A stretch of DNA of 63,723 nt, filler included, from Reclinomonas americana ATCC 50394 (GCA_048213135.1; 16 parts of 16 records of this genome joined end to end with filler, not necessarily neighbours in it), one strand, 5' to 3'; shown: positions 24,601-37,900, counted from the first letter of the whole stretch. The notes: generated by a model not told the origin, from the letters alone. Program-made: numbers and translations.

Positions 24601-26414
24601 GGAAAGAGATGGTCGGGAAGAGCGTTTACTAGACAGAAGTTATCTGACTTGTGAGGAGAGAACGAGTGCTGTGCTAGTGTTAGGGGCGAGATAACGTGCA
24701 TGGATATGCAGCTGGCGTAGCGATCATCACGAACAGCTGATTCATGTCTGTCTTCGACATAGGTGAAGGACGAGAAGCACGCTGCTGACGAGCAGATCAA
24801 GATGCTGGTCTTGCAGTGTCGCGAATTGCGGTCCACGGCCGAGAGCCTCCGCGCTCAGCTTCAAGCAGCGGTATGTCAGCGTGCGTGGGGGTGTACGGGA
24901 CGTGTGGTAACTCACTTCGCGTGTATGAATGCAACAGCAACGGAATGTGAGCCCGCTTCTTCCAGAGGTTCCGTCGCAGCTCATTCTTTTGCCGTGTGTG
25001 CCTTTGTCCTCATTCTCTCTGCATTGTTGGCAGTCACCGGCGCCGCATGAAAGCGCTGCCGTCAAGGTGAGTTGTGCGAGAGGAACAGTTAATGTCGTGT
25101 CAGATTTCCCACACGTGATGCACAGGGAACGGATACAAGCCGGCATGCGTCGCTGCAGGCGGAAGTCGACGCCCTGAAGCAGGAAGTTATGTGCATCAGG
25201 TGTTTTTAACGCGCTTGCACTCGCTGGCGACTCACATTGATGTGCATCAGAAGCGACAGCTCAGTCGCACGTGCGATCGGCTGGCCGACGAAGTCGCTCT
25301 GATGCGTGCATCGGCGGGCGGTAAGGTTGCGGACGCCCATGTCCACGACAGTGCGATCCGGGAAAAGGTAGTGTCAAAAGATTGCGTTGGTCTTTGTGGG
25401 CAGGGAAATGACATGCTGCGCGCAGCTGTTGGCGGCCGAGGCGGAGAGGGATGATTTTAGGCGGCAGTTGGCGGTTGAGCGTGCGAAGGTGATGAGGAGG
25501 GAGAGAAGAAGGAGAAGAAGGAGATGAATGGGAGATAGAGAGATGAAAAGCAGTTGTCAGCTCACTGGTAGTTTTGTCGGAAGCATGAGTGTAAGAGAGA
25601 AAACAGACGGATGCAGTGCAGATCAAGAAAGGGAGAGATACACAACTCACGCTCAGAGATATTGGTGATTTCTGTGAGCGCCCGTCTTTGTGATAGAAGA
25701 AACGGAGTCATCATACAGCCATATAACGTGAGAGAAAAAACAGAGTGACGTAGAGGAGAAGTGAACGGATGATGATGAAAGAGTGTGCGAGGGAAAGAGA
25801 CAACTCACGGTCAGAGACATTGGTAAACTANNNNNNNNNNNNNNNNNNNNNNNNNNNNNNNNNNNNNNNNNNNNTTAATTAATTAANNNNNNNNNNNNNN
25901 NNNNNNNNNNNNNNNNNNNNNNNNNNNNNNAATCCTGTGTCCCTCCTGCGTCTCCTGCTCATCTCTTCTTCAACCACAGTCCACCAACTCTCGACTTCGC
26001 GAGGCGCAAAACCAGCTTCAAGTAAAGGACGAAGAACTGGAGGCGCTTCGGCGATCGCGGTCCACGGCTAGCCACGTGGACGATTTGGAGGAGGTGCTGG
26101 GTCTGCGGCAGAGACACGGAGCTGGAAGTGGTGGCGGCGTGCACGTTGAGCACTCTGTGGAGGCCGCGCTACGCCAGCAGTGTCGCAGCTATGAGCAAGA
26201 TCTCGATACGGCCGCCAAGGAGGTACTCCAGTTGCAGCATGCGCTGCAAATGGCCAATGCCGAGCTGCAGCACCAGCACGAGGTGCACGAGCGTGTGGTG
26301 GCGGTGAGTGATGCGGTTGACGGTGTGCGGGCGTGAGGAGGTTGCTCACGCACGGTGGGCTTGCAGCGGTATGCCGAGTTGAACAACAAGTACGATCGGT
26401 TGCGGAGTGCAGTG
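15681..26414 (+). CDS. Very long coiled-coil protein (golgin/centrosomal-like) with dozens of short exons; continues into gap
   Basis: MSDKRKRGSEL|YKRFKARQEG start, then many 30-150-nt exons with E/Q/L/A heptads (LEQEQQARQAAEAQNVTLRSRVRELETQ, LRSQAKRLTHDKEQMELGIKEK, LQLQHALQMANAELQHQHE), many in phase 0, spanning three gaps. Confidence 0.75.
17270..17690. repeat. 16-bp minisatellite in an intron
   Basis: Tandem TCTCGGTCTC(G/T)CTC(AA/CG/CA) units. Confidence 0.8.
24030..24620. repeat. Degenerate tandem repeat in an intron
   Basis: Recurring GAGATGTTACTCGTGAGGAAGAGATGGTCGATGAAGAGGAGAAACCGA...TTGAAGCG variants near 24117, 24292, 24483 and 24582. Confidence 0.65.
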
Positions 26415-27659
26415 GTGCGTGTGCGCAAAGAGAGAGAGAGGAGGGGGGTTTAGGAGGGGGAGGGAGAGTGCTTGAAGAGATTGGACGAGAGTCACTCGAG
26501 AGAAAGAAAGAAGTCCATGTGGATGCAGAGCGAGAAGGGATGAGAGCTTACAAGGTACGAGAGCCGGATGCGTCACCGAATTAGCACACGAGACGGTGGA
26601 GGAGAGACTATCGAGGTGAAGAGGTGCTGAACGACAAGGGATTAGAGCAAGAAGAACACAGAGAGAGAGAGAGAGAGAGAGCGGATTTGAAACAAGAGAA
26701 GGAGAGCTATGTGAGCCACTGGAGACGTTACACGGTAGAGTATGGTAGCGACATGAAGAGATGCATAGGGAGTAGGGAATAGAGTGGGATGAAGAACAAG
26801 GTACGAGTGTCGCGCGTGTCACCCGTAGAGGCAGACGAGACACTGGAAGGGAGAAAGTGATAGAAGAAGAGAAAGAGGACTCAGCGATGGTGGGGCGAAG
26901 ACCGGCAAGAGGACAAAAGATATGGGATATGGAAATTTGAGTTATCAGATAGGCTCACGAGACTCTGCAAGGGGGAAGAGAGAAAGGCGAGGAGAGAGAG
27001 GGAGGTATTGTGTCGANNNNNNNNNNNNNNNNNNNNNNNNNNNNNNNNNNNNNNNNNNNNTTAATTAATTAANNNNNNNNNNNNNNNNNNNNNNNNNNNN
27101 NNNNNNNNNNNNNNNNGAAGAGGGAGAGGAAGAGGGAGAGGCAGAGGGAGAGGAAGAGGGAGAGGAAGAGGAAGAGGAAGAGGAAGAGGAAGAGGAAGAG
27201 GAATTGGCAAAATGAAGCGAGCGGGAAGCTGAGAGCAAGCGGATGAGAAAGTGAACGTGGAAGAGAGAGAGATAGCAAGAAGAACCGAGAGGCGGAGAGT
27301 AAGGAGAGGCGGACAAGCAAGTAGAGGAGAAAGGACCATATGCATGGAAGAGAAGAGAAATTGGAAGAGAAGAGAAAGGCGAAGATGAAGTGAATGAGGA
27401 CGAAAAAGAGAAAGAGGAAGAGGAAGGAAGAGAAAAATGACGAGATCTAAACCAAGAAAGCGGGTTATGTCAGAAAGCAGGAATGCAAGGGGAGCAGAAC
27501 AGGAATGAGAACGAGAGAGGCAGGAAGTCAAGAAGAGAGATTGAGAGTGTGGCAGGGGACAGCAACGAATGACCAATGGCATTGCAACCTTCCCCTCTCA
27601 TTACCTCCTTCTCTCCCTCCCCCCTTTCCCTTTATCTCCCTTTCCCTTCTCCCACTTAC

Positions 27660-28746
27660 CATCAGGCCTCAACAAATTAATCCCCAGCGCAAACGCAATT
27701 GGCCCGCGCAACCCGGAAAACCACATCACCAACTGATTCCTCCCGCCAATCCTGTCCTCCCGCCGGCGGCAGCAGTTGAGCAAGGCCGAGAAGGGCACAA
27801 TGTGGGCGAGGCGTCCGAGCAGGCACAGCGCAATGGCCCAGCCGACAAACGGCCAGTCGAGGAGCTGCGGAAAGGCCAGAAACGACATGCCAATGTAGGC
27901 AAAGGACCACGTTTCGGCCAGGATGGCCAGGGAGCGGGAGGCCACGGCTACCGCGTCCTGTGGAGTGCAGAGTGAACGATTGGAGACGACGAATGTGAGA
28001 TGAGCAGTATGTCCACCAACAACTCTCACTAACTGCACGCTGGTGCCCAAACCGCACCTGCGCACGATGGCTCAAGTTGCGCCGCGTGTAGTGGCACATG
28101 AAAATGCCGGTGGTGAAGATACAGAGGAGGGTCGACAAGTGGAGGGCTTCGGCGATGAGGAAGGGGATGAAGGAGAGGATAAACATGAAGGCCAGCTGCG
28201 GTGGAGAGTTGGGAAAGAGCGATTGTCGCAGAATCGGTGTGCGCCACGTACCTCCAGTTGCGGGTGTGAGTCGAGGCGCACGTGCTTGAGGGACAAGGCG
28301 GAGAGGAGGCAGCAGGCGATGGCGAGGAGGACGGAGACCAGACTGCGAAGTGGGGGAGAAGGGGTAAAAGGGGAAGGGAAGGGAGAGGGGGAAGGGAGGG
28401 AAGGGGGAGGGGGAAGGGGGAAGGGGGAAGGGGGATTGGGGGGATTGGGGGATTTGGAGATTGGGAGATTGGGCGGAANNNNNNNNNNNNNNNNNNNNNN
28501 NNNNNNNNNNNNNNNNNNNNNNTTAATTAATTAANNNNNNNNNNNNNNNNNNNNNNNNNNNNNNNNNNNNNNNNNNNNGGGGAAGGGGGATTGGGGGGAT
28601 TGGGGGATTTGGAGATTGGGAGATTGGGCGGAAGAGAGAGAGAGAGAGTGAAAGAGAGAGAGAGAGAGAGAAGAAACGGCAGAGGGAAGCACGGAGGCGG
28701 GCGGGAGAGATCAAAGAAAATGGAGCAAGCAGGAAAAATGGGAGAA

Positions 28747-28784
<38 letters not shown>

Positions 28785-30944
28785 CGCGCGAGCGAGAAAA
28801 AGAGAGTGAGAGTGTGTGAGAGCAAGCTGAGAGAAAAGAGGCAAGAATGGAACGAGGGAGTCAGAAAGGTACACGGCGGAATACAGCAAGCATTGCGGAG
28901 ACAGAGAGAGGCAGAGACAGAGGTCTAGGCAGAGACGAAGAGACAGAGAGACAGGGACAGAGACAGAGACAGAGACAGAGACAGAGACAGAGACAGAGAA
29001 AGAGAGAAAAGTGAGGAATGGGGGAGATGAGAGGTAAATGATGGGAGAATAAGGACAGTGGAGTGACAGAGAGTGAAAAAGTGAGTCAGAGAAAGAGGAT
29101 GGGGGACGGCACTGGAGAGAGACAGTGTAGCGTTGGTCGAGTGAGAGGAGAAACAAAAAGAAAGGGGGTAAATGAGAAAAGAAACAACAGTGAAGCGAGA
29201 GAGCAAGAAAGAGAGAGAGAGAGAGACAACAAAGGGACGATTCGGTCACTTGGCGAGACGCAACTCAAAGATCACAATGGCGATGGCGTCGTTGACGACA
29301 CTCTCGCCGAACACGATCATGTGGAGGGCGGGGTTGACGCCGAGGGCGCCGAAGATGGCAAGGGTGGCGACGGGGTCGGAGGCGGAGGTGAGGGCGCCTG
29401 CCGAGGGCGGCGAAGGAGATAATGAGAAACAGACGACGAGACTTCAGAAGTGCCACACAGACAGAGAGACAAAGACAGACAAAGGTGAGGAGAGAGAAGC
29501 GGAGACAAGGGAGAAGAAGGAGAGATAAAGAGAGACATTCACAATGGGCGACAAACAGAGCACCTGGAGAGAAGAAGACGCAAGGACAAGGGAGAAAAGG
29601 AGAGATAAAGAGAGACATTCACAATGGGTGACAGACAGAGCACCTGGAGAGAAGAAGACGCAAGGACACAGAGATATATTCATGCAGAGAGAGAAGCAAT
29701 ACAATGGGTGACAGACAGAGCAACTGGAGAGAAGAAGACGCAAGGACACAGAGATATATTCATGCAGAGAGAGAAGCAATACAATGGGGGAGATAGATAC
29801 GAAGAGAAAATGGAGAGAATAACACGCAAGCAGCGAAAGAAAATTAGAGTGCGAGACGGGAGAGAGAATGTGAGTCAGGAGAGTGAATGAGAAAGCAAAA
29901 CGGGAGAGAGAAAGAGAAAGCGAGACAAAAGAGAGAATGACACAGCGAGACGGCAAAGAGAATGAGAGAAAGTGAGTCGGCTGAGAAAGAATGAGAATGA
30001 GGGATGGTAGAGAGAATGAGAGAGCGAGACGACACAGAGAATGAGTAGCGAGACGGCAAAGAGAATGCCAGAGCGTGATGGCAGAGAGAGAATAAAAGCG
30101 CGAGATGGCAAAGAGAATGAGAATGCGAGACGCGTGAGAGAATGGGAAGGCGTCAGAGACTGAAAAAGTTAGACGGTTTAGAGAATGAGAACGCGAGACG
30201 CGAGAGAGAATTACAAGGCGAGATGGCAGATAGAATGGGAATGCGAGACGACAGAGAGAATGAGAATGCAAGATGGCAGAGGGAATGAGAAGGCGAGACG
30301 ACAGAGAGAATGAGAAAGCGAGACGCGAGAGAGAATGAGAAGGCGAGATGACAGAGAGAATGAGAAAGCGAGACGGCAGAGGGAATGGGAATGCGAGACG
30401 GCAGAGACAATCGAGAGCGAGACGGCAAAGAGAACACAAAAGTGAGACGACAAAGAGAACGGGTAAGCGAGACGCCAGAGAAAACATGAGAAAGCGAGAC
30501 GGAAGAGAAACTGCGGAGAATGAAAGATAGCACAGTGCAAGGAAGAGAAGATGGTAGACAGGATGAGAAGGCAGTCTCTCTCTCCCTCTCCCTCCTTCCC
30601 CCTCCCTCCCTCTCCCCCTCTACCACTCTCCCCCTTCAACCTCACCAAACAACAAGCAATCGAGCAACGGCAACGGCGCGGAGACGTGCCACTGGCCGAC
30701 AAGGTACAAGCCGAAGCCGACGACGACAAAGGAGACCAGTGTGCCGAGGATGGCGAAGACGAGAATGGGGATGATGTGGGTGAAAAAGTCGATGCGGTCG
30801 AGGGTCCATCCGGCGTCGAAGATGATGGCTGGGAGGAAGAGGATGAAGAAGATGCGGGGGTCCATGCGGGCGACGTCGCGGACGGCGGGGGAGGAGAAGC
30901 GGAGGAGGAGGCCGAGGAGGAGGCCGAGGAGGATGGTGGAGGTG
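27660..30944 (-). CDS. CPA1 family Na+/H+ exchanger (NHE/NHX-like), partial
   Basis: FFILFLPAIIFDAG, FAILGTLVS, SASDPVATLAIF, IVFGESVVNDAIAIV, MCHYTRRNLS, LAETWSFAYIG and WFSGLRGPIAFAL are hallmark CPA1 motifs. Confidence 0.93.
29518..30510. repeat. Two intronic tandem repeat arrays (about 70-bp and about 24-bp units)
   Basis: CAATGGG(C/T)GACA.ACAGAGCA.CTGGAGAGAAGAAGACGCAAGGACA three times, then many GCGAGACGGCAGAGAGAATGAGAA variants. Confidence 0.8.
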
Positions 30945-31198
30945 CTGGGGGGGGGCGTGAGGGGAAGGGAGGGGGAGGGGCAAGAGAGGGGAAGGGAGTG
31001 AGAGGGGGGAGGGGAAGGGGGGATTGGGGGGAAGGGAGGGGTGAGGGCATAAGAGGAGGCTAGGGAGGGCGGAGATAGGGACAGCACTCCTCTCTCGCNN
31101 NNNNNNNNNNNNNNNNNNNNNNNNNNNNNNNNNNNNNNNNNNTTAATTAATTAANNNNNNNNNNNNNNNNNNNNNNNNNNNNNNNNNNNNNNNNNNNN

Positions 31199-34100
31199 GG
31201 CAAGACCACGCTGGCCGAGCTGATTGTTTCGGAGATGGAGCGCAAAAAGTGGCGCGGGTCGGCGCTCTTCGCCGATATTCGTGGTCACACTGCCGAGGCG
31301 CACATGTTCACACCGGTAAGTCTGCAGTGGGTGGGCTACACCTGCATTGACGCTGTCCTTATATGCACGCGCACAACGCACAGACAGCTGACGTATTCGG
31401 AAGCGGATTGCGTGGATTCGCCAACGCCATGCCGTCGGTGCAGTCCCGTGCGCAGTTGTTCGCTCAAGTCGACACGTGGGAAAAGGATAGTAATGTCGAT
31501 ATGCTGCGAAAACATTTGGGAGACTACATGCACGACAGTCGCGGCGTCTTGCTGCTGGACAATGTCGGCAGCGGTGAGCAAGTGCTGAATGTGATTCGAG
31601 CAGCACCTGTGCGAGGTCGACCTCATCCTGGTGAGCGCGCCGGTAATAGCATGATGCGTCAACCTGCCTCACGTAGTTGTGCGTAGACATGCATCGCTCG
31701 ACGGCGCCCATGGTGATTGTGACGACTCGGTTTGGGCGTGTTGCAGCCGAACTGCAGCGGTCGCCGTTGTTGAGCGCGGCGACGGTCGTCCATGTGCTCG
31801 TTGGCGATGTGGAGGTCGATGATGTGACGGCGTATGTGCGGCAGGAGATTGATGCTCCAGAAGAGATCTCTCTTGAGGTGGCGCAAGCGACGGCAGCGCA
31901 ACCACAGGCATTTCGCGTGGCGCTCTGTTTAAAGTACGTACTTGTGGTATTGTGTTTAGGGCGTGTTCATCGTCTGATGACATCAAATCTGTATCCGCAG
32001 CATGCTTGCGCGACTGTCACTGGAAACGCTGGCGAGTGACGCATTGCAAGAGCGCCTGACCGAGACTCGAGTGTCGGCTTTGGAGCAGCTCATGGACAAG
32101 AATTTGGCCGAATGCTCGCTGCTGATGCGACAGGTGCTGTTCTTGGTCGCAGCGCTGCAGCAAATGCGCGTATGTTGCACGAGCCGCACTGTGACATTGC
32201 TGGTGCGGTTCCTGGGGCGCGAGGTGATCCCAGAAGCAGAGGATCAGCTGGAGTTTCTGTTGTTACGATTGACGATACAACGAGCACTGGGAATACATAC
32301 CGACGACTGCAATGGCGACATCGACGAAGACGTGACGAGCGCGCTTGAATGGCTTCGTCGATCCATGTTGGTACAAGCCAAATCATCGCATTCATGTGAT
32401 GCTGTGTGCCGGATGATGGCTGTTGGGGATTCGGTCGCGTTTTCCTCTCGAGTGGAGTACCGAGTGCACGACCTTGTGATGGAGTGGCTGGAATCGGGAG
32501 AACGAAGACGCCAGCTGCCTGTTTGTCGAGATGTCGTGTCTGACGTCGTCATGTGTGGTCTGGCGCAGGCGACCGATCACAGTGTTAGTGAGGATATGCT
32601 CACGGACCTACGCCCGTGTTTGCAAGTACTGTGGAGCGGCTTGCTGTCCGTGATGCATCGCCGTTGGAATTGGAATGCACTGGCGAGTTTGACGATGAAT
32701 ATGCGGCTTGACGGTGTTGTGCGGTTGGCGCGCCTGGTGGAGAAACGTTTGCCTGATGCCGACTTCAGTGTGGAGGTGGCGGTTGCGTGTGCTGAATGGC
32801 TCCGTGAACATTTTGCCGACCAAAATGACCGAGATTTTCTGCATCGCAAGGCAAGATGTGTGGCGGCGCTGCTGACAAGTGCACGCCGATACGGCGAGGC
32901 AGTCGGCCTTCTGGAGGCGCATATGCAGACGGTTGAAGTTGGAGACGACGTGGGATTGGTATCGGCATTGCGACTGCAACTTGCTGACTGTCTCGAAACT
33001 GTTGGGCGAGTTCACAGTGCCGAGCAATTGTATCGGGAAGTGTTTTCGATGAGACGTGAAACGCTTGGTGAGAAGCATCCAGGCACGCTTGTTTCTATGA
33101 ATAACCTCGCCAATTGTATTCTCGCGAGTGGCAACGTTGTCGAGGCCTAGAAATTGTATCGGGAAGTGTTGGTGCTCATGCGCGAAGTGCATGGGGAGCG
33201 GCATCCTGACACGTTGACGGCCACGAGCAATCTCGCTGACTGTATACATTCAAGAGGCAACGTCGCCGAGGCCGAGCAACTTCATCGAGAGGTGTTGGCG
33301 GCAAGGCGCGAAGTGCTTGGTGACAAGCATCCCGACACGCTGTGTTCCACTAGCAACCTTGCAAGTTGCATTCACGCGAGCGGCGGTCTCGCCGAGGCCG
33401 AGCGACTGTTTCGTGAAATGTTGGCTGTCGCACGCGACGTTTTCGGTGAGAGGCATCCGTGGACGCTGGCGTCCTTTAGCAAGGTTGCCAGCTGCGTCGA
33501 AGCGAGCGGTAATGTTGCTGAAGCTGAGCGATTGTATCGAGAAGTGTTGGCTGCAACACGCGAATCTCTAGGGGACAGACACCCAAGAACTTTGGGATCG
33601 ATGAATAATCTTGCCAACTGCATCCAAGCAAGCGGCAATCTTGTCGAAGCGGAGCGACTGCACCGAGAGGTGTTGGAGATCACACGCGAATTATTTGGCG
33701 ACAGGCATCCACATACACTTGCGTCAATGTGCGATCTCGCCATCTGTATTCAAGCGAGCGGCAACTTCTTGGCAGCTGATCGATTGCATCGCGAGGTATT
33801 GGCGTTGAGGCAGGATGTGCTTGGCAGCAGACATCCTGCAACGCTGGGGTCCATGAACTGTCTCGCATATTGTCTCCGCCAGAGCGGCAAGTATTCCGAA
33901 GCTGAGCGACTGTATCGCGAGGTGTTGGCGCTTAGGCGCGAGGTGCTCGGAGAAAGGCATCCAGACACGGTGATGTCGATGAACAATCTCGGAGACTGCT
34001 TGCGCGAGAGTGGTAACCTCGTTGAAGCCGAACCCTTGTGTCGGGAGGTGTTGGCGTTGACACGAGAAGTGCTTGGATACAAACACCCACACACGCTTGT

Positions 34101-34558
34101 GACCATGAACAACCTTGCCTACTGTTTGCGGAAAAGCGGCAATCTCGTGGAGGCCGAGCGACTGCATCGTAAAACTCTAGCATTGCAGCTTCAAGTGCTC
34201 GGTGACAGATATCCACAAACGCTTGGATCAAGGCACAATATCGCTCTCTGTGCCAGCAACGACGGCCGATTCACAGAGGCCGAGCCACTGTTTCGCGAAG
34301 TGTTGGAGCTGAGGCGCGAGGTGCTTGGTGATAGACACCCGCAGACTCTGACGACGATGAACGAGCTTGCCTTTTGCGTCCACGCGAGTGGCAACCACGT
34401 TGAAGGCGAGCGACTTTGTCGGGAAGTGTTGGGGTTGAGATGGGAGGTGCTTGGTGACAAGCATCCGGACACGCTGACTTCCATGAGCAATCTCGCTGGT
34501 TGCATGCAAGCCGGTGGCAATCTCGTCGAGGCCGAGCAACTGTATCGAGAGGTGTTAA
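31199..34558 (+). CDS. NB-ARC-like STAND ATPase with kinesin-light-chain-type 42-aa TPR array; in-frame TAG at 33148-33150 (possible pseudogene or truncated allele); both ends in gaps
   Basis: GKTTLA Walker A end at the contig start, Walker B GVLLLDNV, VIVTTR, YRVHDLV (MHD-like), then 12 repeats of EAERLYREVL..RREVLG..HP.TL.SMNNLA.C...SGN. Confidence 0.88.
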
Positions 34559-34958
34559 NNNNNNNNNNNNNNNNNNNNNNNNNNNNNNNNNNNNNNNNNN
34601 NNTTAATTAATTAANNNNNNNNNNNNNNNNNNNNNNNNNNNNNNNNNNNNNNNNNNNNGGCGGAGTGAGTGAGTGAGTGAGTTCTGTGTGTGAAAGAGAG
34701 TGTAGTCTGTCGGAAATGTCCGCGCGCACACACACAAGCCGCCCTCTCTCTGTGTGCGTGGTGTGTGTGTATGTGTGTGCGTGCTGTTGTGATTGCACGT
34801 GGCGAGGGAGGGAGACCCGGTTTGCTCAATCATGTTGTGTTCAGTCATGAGCATTGTGTGACCAAAGATGGAGAGAGAGAGAGAGCGCACGAAGAGTGCC
34901 TTGCCACTCCTTTCCACTCGTTGCTGACCTCTGCTTTCTCCTTTTCTCCTTTTGATAG

Positions 34959-37900
34959 ATGATGAGTATCGAAGGGCGATGGAGGTGTATCTTGCGGGCA
35001 TTCCACCCGACACTCCACCGGAGCTGGAGGCTCATCAGGCCACTGTTCTCAGTCGGACGGGTCGTCTGCATGCGGACTGGAGCTACGAGTTTACCGGAAA
35101 TCGCGCTGACGAGTTGCGTGAGGAAGCAGCTCGGGATTTGTTTCTGCTTCTCTGACTCTCTCAGAAATCACGCTTTCTCCCTTGCAACAAAGCACCGCTC
35201 CTCAACCCTGACTCTTCCCTCCCCGCACTTTCTCTCTCTGTTGCTTTCTTTCTTTCTTTCTTCTTCTCTCTCTCCCTCTCTCTGCAATCAAACTTCCCTT
35301 GTTCCCTCGCTTGGAACAAGGCACCGCTCCTCAACCACGACGTTTCCTCCCCGCCTCCTCCTCTCTCTCTCTCCCTCTCCCCTCCCTCACTCTCCTCCTC
35401 TTCCTCCCTCCCCCTTCCACTCCTTCTCCCTTTTCCTCTCCCTTTCCCTCTCCCTCAACTTCCCCTTATTCAGGCTCTGCTGCGAGGGCGTCAAGTACTG
35501 CCTGGGCGCACTGGAGGTCAACTCGGCCGACGTGGACGCCTTGGTCGGTCTGGGCATGTGTTATTCTGCGTGGGCCATTGAGAATGCGTACAACCAGGCG
35601 GGCCCCGCTTTCCGCGACAACAGCGATGCGTACTTTAAGGAGGCGCTGCAGTTGCTGGTATGTTTTTTTAATCCTGACATGGCATCTCCTCCCCTCCTCA
35701 TTCATTCCTCTTCATTCGCTGCACACAGGGCGCCGACGGAGCCGGCGTGCAATTCGCGTGGGGCATTCAGCTGCTCATGCAAAGCTTGGCCTTTGGTGGT
35801 GGCATGAAGAGCGCCCTGGTGTCGCGCGGCGAGCGCAATATTGAGACGGCGCTGGCACTGGCCGATGCCGCCGAGGATGAGGATGCTGTTGCGGAGGGTG
35901 GCAGTGCGAGTCGCCGGAAACCGGCCACGCTGGGAGGGGTTTGTTCTGCACTTGTGCGTTTCAGTTTTTGCATTTCACTCATCGCATTCGACAGTACACA
36001 CTGGCCAGCGAGTCAAACCGCGATGTAAGGTGCAGTCGTCGGCTGTTGGAGTACGCCGACGCACTGTGCTTGGCCGGTGAGAGTGCAGAGGGCACCGAGG
36101 AGCAGGAGCGACTGCTCGGCAAGGCCTCGGACGTGTATGCGGAGGCTGCCGATCTGGAGAGTGAGTCTGCATGGCTCATGTTCCGCTGGGCCATTCAACT
36201 GCTCTCCTCCGCCAAGCTGGCCACCAAGCGTGATCAGGGTGAGTGTGTGCGGGAGAGATGTGTACGTCGTGTGCGTGTACTCAGCGGCAAGTGTGATGCA
36301 GGTCTGGCACACTGCGTGCAGTCGATTGACAAATTCAAGGATGCCGTGCGACTGAACCCGGATCATGCCGCGTCGTATATGGGATGGTGAGATTTGGTGT
36401 GCCTCCATCAACACATTTGCTGTCACGGATTGCTCATGTCAACGCATTTGTTTCTCCCCCCCAACCTTGCAGGGCCTCGGCACTGTTCCTGATGGCAGAG
36501 TGGCGAAACGACGAGACCTCGGAGAACCTGTGGCTGCAGGGCGTCTCCAGATATCTGCAATGTTTGCGCGTGCAGAACCAGGACGAGGAGTGCATGGAGA
36601 ATCTGTTTCATTTTGTGGAGGATCGCGCCCGCTTGGTGAGCGTTGCGGTAGTGCGACCACTCTCGCATCAGTCAGCGTCTCACTTCTCACTCTCCCCAGT
36701 GCCCAAATACTCGTGCGCGGATCGGCTTGTATGACTCGTTGAACAGCACGTGCGAGGAGGTGATGGAGCAGACGCCCGACAATTTCGCCGCCCTTCTGCT
36801 GCAAGCGTACGCTCTCGATATGACTGGACACGAAACGCTGGTGAGTGCACATGATGAGGACGATGAAGGATCGCCGGGATCAGCCGATGGTGTCACCTCT
36901 GCCGCCGCCGCCTCCGCCACTCCGCCATCGTCACCGTCGTCGAGTCGGCGATCGTTTGGTGAGGCCGACGATCCACTGAGTGACATTAATGAGGAGACGG
37001 TGTATGGCTTCCGGTGCTTGATCGATGCACGACGCAAGTACGAGTCGTATGATCACGAGGCGGACACGCTGAAGGTTTGTCGTGGAAAGGAAGAGAGTGT
37101 GAGGTGTTTGGAGAAATGGACAGCGTGCTAACAGAGTTTCTCCTTCTGCAGACACCCTCTTTCTTCTTGGGTCGAGGAACGAATTTGTGGCATCTGGGCA
37201 AGGCGGCCGAACTCAAGGATGCCGTATTGCAAAAGATGTTGGAGATGGAAAAGGTGCGCGTTGACGATATGCTGCTGGTTGTGATGCACTGCTTGCTCAC
37301 TTTCTTCTTGCCTGGTACGTGCGCAGGCGGCCATGGCCATGGACCGCGTGCAGACTCGGGATTTGGAGCGCGGAGACTTGGATGTTGGCGGTCCGGAGGA
37401 TGGAGAGGCGTCAAGTTCTGGCGTGCAGGAGGCGATGCGAGTTGCGTGTTCAATCACACGGCGTTTGTTCCACAGATTTGCTAATCATTTTCATGGTCTC
37501 GCGCAGTCGCGAACTCGTTTGGACTCGTTTGCGCCGCTGGTGGCCGGTGTGCCGGAGGGTGATGGTGTGTGTGTGGGGTNNNNNNNNNNNNNNNNNNNNN
37601 NNNNNNNNNNNNNNNNNNNNNNNTTAATTAATTAANNNNNNNNNNNNNNNNNNNNNNNNNNNNNNNNNNNNNNNNNNNNGGCACGCCTCTTGCACTCAAG
37701 CATTGTCAATGCTGTGGTGATGAGCGGCTACCTGATGAAGCGCGGCGGTCTGATCAAGACCTGGAAGCGGCGACTGTTTGTGCTGCTGTACGACCGCCTC
37801 ATCTACATGCACGTCTCCGACAAGGACAAGTTCGAGGAGGAGGCCTCGCGCGACGGTGTGCGTGCCTTTGTGACGAAAAACCACAAGAAGATCCGCGGCG

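Noticed and set aside
28424..28633. Identical ~55-bp sequence on both sides of a gap
   Set aside because: Typical unmerged contig overlap, not a real duplication or target-site repeat.
33148..33150. TAG reassignment (alternative genetic code)
   Set aside because: ERCC6 (57726) and NUS1 (62651) terminate at TAG exactly at their expected C-termini, and no other in-frame TAG was seen in conserved exons.
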